From an uncultured Pseudomonadota bacterium (GTDB taxonomy: Bacteria; Myxococcota_A; Polyangia; Fen-1088), in NCBI GenBank assembly GCA_963847705.1, contig CAWKBC010000045.1, positions 1 to 25,159 of the forward strand: a stretch of DNA of 25,159 nucleotides, written 5' to 3'. Below the pieces are notes generated by a model. It was given only the letters and a program-made list of their open reading frames with translations, searched no databases and was not told where the DNA came from. The position numbers and the translations under genes are program-made. Shown one piece after another: positions 9,601-16,868 of this stretch. The stretch's first letter is position 1. The number at the start of each line of letters is the position of its first letter.

Positions 9601-9633
9601 GCCCGCGCAGCATAGCGGAGAATCGCGCCGGGA

Positions 9634-9664
9634 CCTAATCAACACTGAAACAGTCAAGAATAGG
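9634..9664. promoter_or_regulatory. Putative Rrf2-family operator (dyad)
   Basis: CCTAaTCaacACTG-AAA-CAGTcaaGAaTAGG, 10 of 14 positions symmetric about 9649, in the AT-rich divergent spacer; resembles the IscR type-1 ACT-N5-AGTC core. Confidence 0.55.
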
Positions 9665-9673
9665 CGCGACCGC

Positions 9674-9702
9674 TTGACCATACCCGAGTCGCCAGCTAGG
9701 CT
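9674..9702 (+). promoter_or_regulatory. Putative sigma70 promoter for the siroheme/sir/cysA/rrf2/cysK operon
   Basis: TTGACC-17 nt-TAGGCT. Confidence 0.6.
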
Positions 9703-9761
9703 AGCTGCCACTTCCATCGGGGAACGAGCCCAATCTGCGCGGATCTGGTTCTTAAGTAAAA

Positions 9762-10364
9762 GTGTCAACAATCTCCCTCTACCCACTTTTTTTGAAGCTC
9801 GCAGGGCGCCGCGTGCTGGTGGTCGGCGGCGGTCCGGTCGCGCTCGGCAAGGTGCGCGCCCTGCTGGAGGCGGGGGCGGTGGTCGCGCTGGTGGCCCCGC
9901 AAATTGATCCGGAGCTGGAGGCGCTCGAGAAAAAAGGAAATATCTCGATCGCGCGCCGTTCTTTTGAACGGAACGACGTCGAGGGCAGTTGGTTGGTGGT
10001 GGCGGCGGCGCCCCCGGCGGTCAATCGGTCAGTGGCGGCGGCGGCGGAGTCCCTGCGTCTGTTCGTGCTCGCGGTCGACGATACATCGGCCGCGAGCGCG
10101 TACGGCGCCGGGACGCTACGGCGCGGCGGCGTGACCGTCGCCGTGTCGACGGACGGCCGGGCGCCCGCGCTGGCTGGGCTTCTGCGCGAGGGGTTGGAGG
10201 CGGTCCTGCCGGACGACCTCGAGAGCTGGACCGCGGAGGCCGAGCGCCAGCGGGCTGCGTGGCGCGCCTCCGGCGTGCCCATGGCCGAGCGGCGTCCACG
10301 GCTGCTGGAGGCGCTCAATCGCCTCTATGATGAGCGCCGCGCAGGCGCTAAGGTCCAGCCGTGA
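9762..10364 (+). CDS. Precorrin-2 dehydrogenase / sirohydrochlorin ferrochelatase (CysG N-terminal module)
   Basis: YPLFLKLAGRRVLVVGGGPVA, VDD, VAVSTDGRAPALA. Confidence 0.9.
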   Translation: MSTISLYPLFLKLAGRRVLVVGGGPVALGKVRALLEAGAVVALVAPQIDPELEALEKKGNISIARRSFERNDVEGSWLVVAAAPPAVNRSVAAAAESLRLFVLAVDDTSAASAYGAGTLRRGGVTVAVSTDGRAPALAGLLREGLEAVLPDDLESWTAEAERQRAAWRASGVPMAERRPRLLEALNRLYDERRAGAKVQP

Positions 10365-11276
10365 AGGACCCGACCGTGGGCGGCCCGACCGTGAACCAGC
10401 CCGGAGCCGTCGGGCACGTCTGCCTGGTCGGTGCCGGCCCGGGGAGCGCCGATTCTGATCACCGTGCGCGGCGCGCGCCGGCTGGCCGAGGCGGACCTGG
10501 TCCTCTACGACGCGCTCGCCTCCGAGGAGATGCGGGTCTACGCGCCGGCTGCGCGCTGGTTCTTCGTCGGCAAGCGAGCCTGCCGCCAGTCGGATCACCT
10601 CGGGGACCCTGGGAGGGTCCCCGAACCCCCCCACGATGGCCTTCGGTCGGCAAAGCCGACCTGCGGCCACGCGATCGAACAGGACGTGCTCAACCGCCTG
10701 CTCATCAAGTACGCGCGGCGCGGCCTCAAGGTCGTGCGCCTCAAGTGCGGTGACCCGTTCGTGTTCGGCCGCGGCGGCGAAGAGGCGCTGGCGCTGGCGC
10801 GCGCCGGCGTGCCGTTCGAGATCGTCCCTGGCGTGTCGACCGCGGTGGCGGCGCCGGAGCTGGCGGGCATTCCCGTCACCCACCGGGGGCTGGCGTCGAG
10901 CTTTCTGGTGGTCACCGGCCATCACGAGGCGACCTACGCGCCGATCCTGGACGGGCTTCCGCCCGGCAGCGCGACGCTGGTGGTGATGATGGGCCTCGGT
11001 CAGCGCGCGCGGATCGCCGAGCGGCTGTCTGCACGCGGCTGGTCGGCGGAGACGCCGGCGGCGATCGTCGTCGGCGCGGCGACGCCGCAGAGCTGGCGCT
11101 GGCTGGGGACGCTGGGCGCCCTCGGCGCCGCGGAGCTCCCGGCCGCCTCCAGCGGCGCGCCCGGGATGTTGGTCATCGGTGCGGTCGTCGGTCTCGGGGC
11201 CGAGCTCGCCTCCGGACTGGCGTCGGATTTTGCGAGTGCGAACGTTGAAGAACCCAAGGAGAGGAACCTGCTATGA
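10361..11276 (+). pseudogene. cobA: Uroporphyrinogen-III C-methyltransferase with a +1 frameshift at ~10454 (real or sequencing error) and a 27-aa insert
   Basis: VCLVGAGPGSAD is in one frame; LITVRGARRLAEADLVLYD...VGKR...RLKCGDPFVFGRGGEE...GIPVTHRG is in the next. Removing one T in GATT|CTG restores GAGPGSADLIT. Confidence 0.85.
10600..10675. repeat. Double-hairpin palindromic element, copy B (inside cobA, inverted relative to copy A)
   Basis: The reverse complement aligns to 1556-1630 at 63/76 positions (hand count), including an identical TCGGGGACCCTCCCAGGGTCCCCGA. Confidence 0.92.
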
Positions 11277-13027
11277 GCGCGAATCCAGTCGTTGACTTCG
11301 TTCCCGACGGCGTGGGCCGTCCCGGTTTCGCCGAGCGCGAGGACATCGACGCCTTCGTCGACATGCTCGAGCGGTTCGAGAACGGCGACATCTCCCCCGA
11401 CGAGTGGCGCGCCTTCCGCCTCATCAACGGCACCTACGGCCAGCGCCAAGAGGGCGTGTTCATGATTCGCGTGAAGCTCCCCTACGGCCTGGCGAACAGC
11501 AAGCAGCTGGAGACCTTCGCCGAGGTCACCGAGAAGTGGGCCGGCAGCGGCGTGGGGCACGTGACCACGCGCCAGAACATCCAGCTCCACTTCGTCAAGG
11601 AGAAGGAGGCCGAGCTGGCGCTGTCGCAGATGGCCGACGCCGGGCTCACCACCCGCGAGGCCTGCGGCAACGCGGTCCGCAACATTACCGGCTGCCCCTT
11701 CGCCGGCGTCGCCGAGCACGAGATGTTCGACGTCTCGCCCTACGCGGATGCGGTCACGCGGCACCTCCTGCGCGGCCCCTACTCCTCGGCGCTGCCGCGC
11801 AAGTTCAAGATCGCCTTCGGCGGCTGCTGCGGCTTCGACGACATCCAGGCGCAGATCAACGACCTCGGCTTCCTGACGGCGGTCGACGCCCAGGGGAACC
11901 ACGGCTTCAAGGTCTACATGGGCGGCGGCCTCTCGACGCTGCGCAAGGCCGGCATCCTGGTGCACGAGTTCCTGCCGGTCACCGAGGTGCTGGATGTCTC
12001 GGAGGCGGTGGTGCGGACGTTCCACCGGCTCGGCAACCGCAAGGACAAGCACAAGGCGCGGCTCAAGTGGGCGATCCAGAAGCTCGGCACGGCCGCCTTC
12101 ATCGAGGAGTACAAGAAGGACCTGGCCGCGGTGCGCGCCGAGGGCGGCCATCCGCTGGCGGTGGCGCCGGTGCCGAAGCCGCGTGTGGTTCCGGAGGCAG
12201 GCGCTGCCGTGGAGGCGTTGCCGGAGTTCGCGGCGTTCGCCAAGACCAACGTCCGCGCCCAGAAGCAGGCGGGGTTCTCCTCGGTGATCGTCCGCTTGCC
12301 GAAGGGGGACATCACGCCGGCGCAGTTCCGCGCGCTGGCGGTCCTGGCCGACAAATTCGGCGAGGGGGAGGTCCGCACCACCAACGAGCAGAACCTGGTG
12401 ATGCGCTTCGTGCCGACCTGGCGCCTGGCGGAGCTGCACCGCGAGCTGACGGCGGCCGGCCTGGGACAGCCGGGCGCCATGACCATGGCCGACGTGCTGT
12501 CGTGCCCGGGCGCCTCCAGCTGCAAGATCGCCGTCACCAACTCGAAGGCGATCGGCGCCATGCTGACCGACCACCTCGACGCGCGGCCCGAGCTGGTGGC
12601 GCAGGTGCCGGGGCTGGACATCAAGATCTCCGGCTGCCCCAACGGCTGCGGCCAGCACTACAGCTCGGTGATTGGCCTCCAGGGCGGGATGCGCAAGATC
12701 GACGGCAAGCCGGTGCCGCAGTACTTCGTCTACGTGGGCGGCGGCTTCGCCGCGGACGGCCCGAAGTTCGGGCGCATCGCCGGCAAGGTCCCGGCCCGCC
12801 GCGTGCCGCAGGCGCTGGAGCGCCTCGTCGAGATGTACAGCGCCGAGAAGCAGCCGGGCGAGACGCCGCTGGCGTTCTTCACCCGCATCGAGCCGGCCAA
12901 GGTGACGGCGAAGATCAAGGACCTCACCGAGATGGACGCCACCACCGCGACCGCGGAGGACTTCATCGACCTCGGCGAGAGCAAGGCGTTCGAGCTGGTG
13001 GAGATGGAAGGCGAGTGCGCCGCCTGA
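11273..13027 (+). CDS. Ferredoxin-type sulfite reductase (siroheme/4Fe-4S nitrite/sulfite reductase family)
   Basis: TTRQNIQ, REACGNAVRN, LPRKFK, SCPGASSC and SGCPNGC cluster ligands; cys context; GGAGAGGA RBS. Confidence 0.93.
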   Translation: MSANPVVDFVPDGVGRPGFAEREDIDAFVDMLERFENGDISPDEWRAFRLINGTYGQRQEGVFMIRVKLPYGLANSKQLETFAEVTEKWAGSGVGHVTTRQNIQLHFVKEKEAELALSQMADAGLTTREACGNAVRNITGCPFAGVAEHEMFDVSPYADAVTRHLLRGPYSSALPRKFKIAFGGCCGFDDIQAQINDLGFLTAVDAQGNHGFKVYMGGGLSTLRKAGILVHEFLPVTEVLDVSEAVVRTFHRLGNRKDKHKARLKWAIQKLGTAAFIEEYKKDLAAVRAEGGHPLAVAPVPKPRVVPEAGAAVEALPEFAAFAKTNVRAQKQAGFSSVIVRLPKGDITPAQFRALAVLADKFGEGEVRTTNEQNLVMRFVPTWRLAELHRELTAAGLGQPGAMTMADVLSCPGASSCKIAVTNSKAIGAMLTDHLDARPELVAQVPGLDIKISGCPNGCGQHYSSVIGLQGGMRKIDGKPVPQYFVYVGGGFAADGPKFGRIAGKVPARRVPQALERLVEMYSAEKQPGETPLAFFTRIEPAKVTAKIKDLTEMDATTATAEDFIDLGESKAFELVEMEGECAA

Positions 13028-13094
13028 GCTCCCTGGCGCATCCGACGATCGCCGGCGCCTGCGTCGTCGCTGCCTTCGGGGCGGGGAGGCGTTC

Positions 13095-14165
13095 GTGAGC
13101 CTCACCGTCCAGAATCTCACCAAGCGCTTCACGGCGTCCGGCACGCCGGCGGTGGCGGACGTCTCGTTCGTGGCGCCGTCCGGGGGCATCACCACGCTGC
13201 TGGGGCCGTCGGGCTCGGGGAAGTCGACCGTGCTGCGCATGGTGGCCGGCCTCGAGCAGCCCGACAGCGGGCAGGTGCTGTTCGGCGCGGAGGACGTCAC
13301 CAAGCTGCCGGCCCAGAGGCGCGGGCTCGGCTTCGTGTTCCAGAGCTACGCGCTCTTCAAGCACATGAACGTGCGCGCCAACGTCGCCTTCGGCCTGGGG
13401 GTCCGCAAGGTGCCCAAGGACGAACGGCGCCGCAAGGTCGACGAGCTGCTCTCGCTGGTCCAGCTCGAAGGGCTCGGCGAGCGCTATCCGGCCGAGCTCT
13501 CCGGCGGGCAGCGGCAGCGGGTGGCCTTCGCGCGCGCTCTCGCCATTTCGCCCAAGGTGCTGCTGCTCGACGAGCCGTTCGGCGCGCTCGACGCCCAGGT
13601 GCGCGTCGAGCTGCGCGACTGGCTGCGACGCCTCCACAACGAACAGCACGTCACCACGCTGCTGGTCACCCACGATCAGGCGGAGGCGATGGAGGTCTCG
13701 GATCAGGTGGTGGTCATGCACGAGGGGCGCGTGGCCCAGACCGGCACGGTGCGCGAGATCTACGATCGCCCGAGCACGCCGTTCGTGGCGGCCTTCGTGG
13801 GCGGCGCCAACGTGATCCGCGGGCAGATGGTCGGCGGCCGGGTCAGCTTCGGCGCGCTCTCCACCGTCGAGGTCGCCGACGTGACGAACGCACCGGACGG
13901 ATCTTCGGTGAACGCCTACGTCCGCCCGCACGACGTGGCGCTGACCAAGGCCGAGACAGGCGCGCCGGCGATCTCCGTGGCCCGCATCGAGCGGATGGCC
14001 TGGCTCGGCGGCACGGTGAAGGTCTCTCTCAAGCTGTCCGACGGCGCGCCCATGACGGTGGAGATGCCCAAGGCCGAGGCGCAGGCGCTGGCCATCGCCG
14101 AGGGCGATCTGGTGATGGCCAACCCGCGCGAGGCCAAGGTCTTCGTCGAGGACTACTCGATTTGA
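13095..14165 (+). CDS. cysA: Sulfate/thiosulfate ABC transporter ATP-binding subunit
   Basis: GPSGSGKS, GFVFQSYALFKHM, LSGGQRQRVA, LLLDEPFGALDAQVR.ELR.WLRRLH, VTHDQ, C-terminal TOBE-like domain. Confidence 0.92.
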   Translation: MSLTVQNLTKRFTASGTPAVADVSFVAPSGGITTLLGPSGSGKSTVLRMVAGLEQPDSGQVLFGAEDVTKLPAQRRGLGFVFQSYALFKHMNVRANVAFGLGVRKVPKDERRRKVDELLSLVQLEGLGERYPAELSGGQRQRVAFARALAISPKVLLLDEPFGALDAQVRVELRDWLRRLHNEQHVTTLLVTHDQAEAMEVSDQVVVMHEGRVAQTGTVREIYDRPSTPFVAAFVGGANVIRGQMVGGRVSFGALSTVEVADVTNAPDGSSVNAYVRPHDVALTKAETGAPAISVARIERMAWLGGTVKVSLKLSDGAPMTVEMPKAEAQALAIAEGDLVMANPREAKVFVEDYSI

Positions 14166-14617
14166 GGGTCACCACCCGGACCCGGTACGCCATCCGGGCG
14201 CTCTACCACCTGGCGTTTCACCGTTCGGGGCAGGCGACGCAGGCCAAGGAGATCGCCGAGGTCCAGAAGATCCCGCTGCGCTTCCTGGAGCAGATCCTTC
14301 AGGATCTGCGGCGCGCAGGCCTGATCGAGGCGCGGCGCGGGCCCCGCGGCGGGTACGCGCTGGCGCGTCCCCCGGCCGAGATCTCGATGGCCGACGTGTT
14401 GCGCGCGGTGCGCGGCCCGCTGGAGGAGCTCTTGGGGGTCGAGGACCCGGCCGAGAGCGCCGCCGGCACGAACGACGTGCCGGCGCTGGTCTGGGGCGAG
14501 GTCGGCTCGCGCCTGATCGACGTGCTCCAGCAGTCGACGCTGGCGGACTTCATCGCGCGCGCGGAGGCGTCCGGCGTGCGGCGCGCCGTGGCGCCCGCGA
14601 CCATGTACTTCATCTAG
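14162..14617 (+). CDS. Rrf2-family transcriptional regulator, CymR-like (no Cys)
   Basis: TRYAIRAL, IAE.Q.IP..FLEQIL..L, RGPRGGY.LARPP.EIS; no cysteines; ends MYFI. TTGA overlap with cysA. Confidence 0.9.
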   Translation: MRVTTRTRYAIRALYHLAFHRSGQATQAKEIAEVQKIPLRFLEQILQDLRRAGLIEARRGPRGGYALARPPAEISMADVLRAVRGPLEELLGVEDPAESAAGTNDVPALVWGEVGSRLIDVLQQSTLADFIARAEASGVRRAVAPATMYFI

Positions 14618-15559
14618 ATGAGCGCGCTCGCCGTCGACGACGACATCCTGGCCCGGATCGGCCACACGCCTCTGGTGCGGCTGCGGCGGCTTCCGGGTCC
14701 GGGGTCGGCCGAGGTGCTCTGCAAGTGCGAGCAGCTCAACCCCGGCGGCTCGGTCAAGGATCGGACCGCGCTGGCGATGGTCGAGGCGGGCGAGCTGGAA
14801 GGGCGCCTCGTCCCCGGCCGCTCGGTGATCATCGAGGCGACGTCGGGCAACACCGGCATCGGGCTGGCGCTGGTGGCGGCGGTGAAGGGCTATCGGCTCA
14901 TCCTGACCATGCCGGAGAACATGTCCCCCGAGCGGATGGAGCTCTTGCGCGCCTACGGCGCCGAGCTGCACCTGACGCCCGCCGATCGCGTCATGCGCGG
15001 CGCCGTCGAGAAGGCGAGCGCCATCGCCACCGCCAGCGCGCACGCCTTCTTGCCGCAACAGTTCAAGAACCCGGTCAACGCCATCGTCCACCGCACCACC
15101 ACCGGGCCGGAGATCCTGGCGCAGCTCGGTGACCGCGCCCCCGACGCCTTCGTGGCCGGCGTCGGCACCGGCGGCACCATCACCGGCGTCGGGCAGGCCC
15201 TGCGCGCGCGCCGGCCGGACGTGGTGCTCATCGCGGTCGAGCCGGCCAAGAGCGCCGTTCTTTCAGGCGGCGCGCCCGGCCCGCACCGCATTCAGGGCAT
15301 CGGCGCCGGCTTCGTCCCCGAGATCCTCGACCGCGCCCTCCTCAGCGAGGTGCGGCGGGTGGGCGAGGAGGAGGCCGAGGCGACGCGGCTCGAGCTGGCG
15401 CGGCGCGAGGGTCTGCTGGTGGGGATCTCGGCCGGCGCCGCGGTGAAGGTCGCGCTCGACGTCGCCCGCGCGCTCGGCCCCGGCAAGACGGTGGTGACGG
15501 TCCTGCCCGACACGGGCGAGCGTTACGTCAGCACGCCGGCGCGCGTCCGGCGCGGCTGA
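14618..15559 (+). CDS. cysK: Cysteine synthase A (O-acetylserine sulfhydrylase)
   Basis: IGHTPLV, NPGGSVKDR (PLP Lys), EATSGNTGIGLA, QQFKNP, GVGTGGT, HRIQGIGAGFVP, PDTGERY. Confidence 0.96.
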   Translation: MSALAVDDDILARIGHTPLVRLRRLPGPGSAEVLCKCEQLNPGGSVKDRTALAMVEAGELEGRLVPGRSVIIEATSGNTGIGLALVAAVKGYRLILTMPENMSPERMELLRAYGAELHLTPADRVMRGAVEKASAIATASAHAFLPQQFKNPVNAIVHRTTTGPEILAQLGDRAPDAFVAGVGTGGTITGVGQALRARRPDVVLIAVEPAKSAVLSGGAPGPHRIQGIGAGFVPEILDRALLSEVRRVGEEEAEATRLELARREGLLVGISAGAAVKVALDVARALGPGKTVVTVLPDTGERYVSTPARVRRG

Positions 15560-15616
15560 GTCGCGCGCCTGGATGAGATTCGCTAACGGTGGACGCCCGC
15601 GGGCGTCGCCGGCATC

Positions 15617-16804
15617 ATGGTGCCGATGGTTTGCCGAATGGTTCGGTTGTTTCGGCAACTCGCAGTGGCGGTCTCGGTCGCCAGCGTTGCCGGCTCTTTG
15701 ACGGGCTGTTTGAGCGGTAGTTTGGGCGGCGATTCGCTGGGCCAGTATCACCCGGGCGGATTGGGGGGAGCCGGAGCGGCCGCCTCCAGCGGTTCCGGGG
15801 GAACGAACGGATCGCTTGGCGCCGGCGGGACAAATGGATCGTTTGGTCCCGGGCCCGACGGAGCGCCGTTCTGCGGCACGCTCTACTTTGGCGTCACGGC
15901 CCCGGTTCGCCCGGACATCCTGCTCCTGCTCGACCGCGCGAGCTCGATGAACGACGACAGCAACGAGATGAGCTGCAACGGCGGGTGCGGCGCCACCTCC
16001 AAGTGGTCGCTGCTCTCGGCGGCGATTGGCCAGATGGTCACCAACCATCCGTCGGTGAACTGGGGGCTCGCGCCGTTCGGCAGCGATGACGCGTGCGGCG
16101 TGAACGCGGGCGTCGAGGTCGACGTCGCGCCGGATGCCGCACCTGCAATCGCGCTCGCGCTGGCAGCGACGACGCCGGGGGGAGCTGCTCCCACGGCGGC
16201 GGCGATCCTCGCCGCGTCCGGGTATCTGCAGTCGCTCCCCGACTCGAACCCCAAGTACATCCTGCTGGCGAGCGACGGCCAGTCGGGCTGCGCGACGGGC
16301 GGCGGCGGGGCGGCGGCGGCCGACGCCGAGAACGCCGTCGCCAGCGCCTTCCAGGCCAGGATCCCGACCCTCGTGGTCGGCCTGGTGCCCGCCTGGGACA
16401 CGACGGCGACGGGCAGCTTGAACCTGATGGCCGACAACGGCGGGCAGCCGTCGCTGGGGACCGCCAACACCTTCTTCACCACCGACACGATCGACGCGCG
16501 GCTGTCGTCGCTCGCGTCGATCTCGTCGACCGCAGATCCGTGCGTGATTCCTCTGCCGTATCTGCTCGCTCCGGGCTCCTCGCTGGCGGTCAGCACCCCG
16601 ACGGCCGACGGCCAGAGCGTGGCGATTCCGGAGGACCCAATGGTCGGTTGGTCGTTCACCTCGCCCGACGATTCCGCCGTCCGCATCTCCGGTTCCGCCT
16701 GCCCCAATCTCGGGAGCGCCACCGGGACCCAAATCGCGATCACCTACGTGTGTGGCCCGCCAACGCTGCCCGTTCTCGAACCGGCCCCGGCCAGCGCTCG
16801 CTAG
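15617..16804 (+). CDS. Predicted lipoprotein with VWA domain (myxobacterial type)
   Basis: Lipobox LTGC, Gly-rich linker with two GGTNGS repeats, ILLLLDRASSM (degenerate MIDAS), ILLASDG, multiple Cys. The start may be ATG 15638. Confidence 0.7.
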   Translation: MVPMVCRMVRLFRQLAVAVSVASVAGSLTGCLSGSLGGDSLGQYHPGGLGGAGAAASSGSGGTNGSLGAGGTNGSFGPGPDGAPFCGTLYFGVTAPVRPDILLLLDRASSMNDDSNEMSCNGGCGATSKWSLLSAAIGQMVTNHPSVNWGLAPFGSDDACGVNAGVEVDVAPDAAPAIALALAATTPGGAAPTAAAILAASGYLQSLPDSNPKYILLASDGQSGCATGGGGAAAADAENAVASAFQARIPTLVVGLVPAWDTTATGSLNLMADNGGQPSLGTANTFFTTDTIDARLSSLASISSTADPCVIPLPYLLAPGSSLAVSTPTADGQSVAIPEDPMVGWSFTSPDDSAVRISGSACPNLGSATGTQIAITYVCGPPTLPVLEPAPASAR

Positions 16805-16868
16805 CGAGCCGCCCGACAGACCGGGCCTGTCTCCGCATGCCCTCCGGCGTGCCCTATACTGACCGCCG

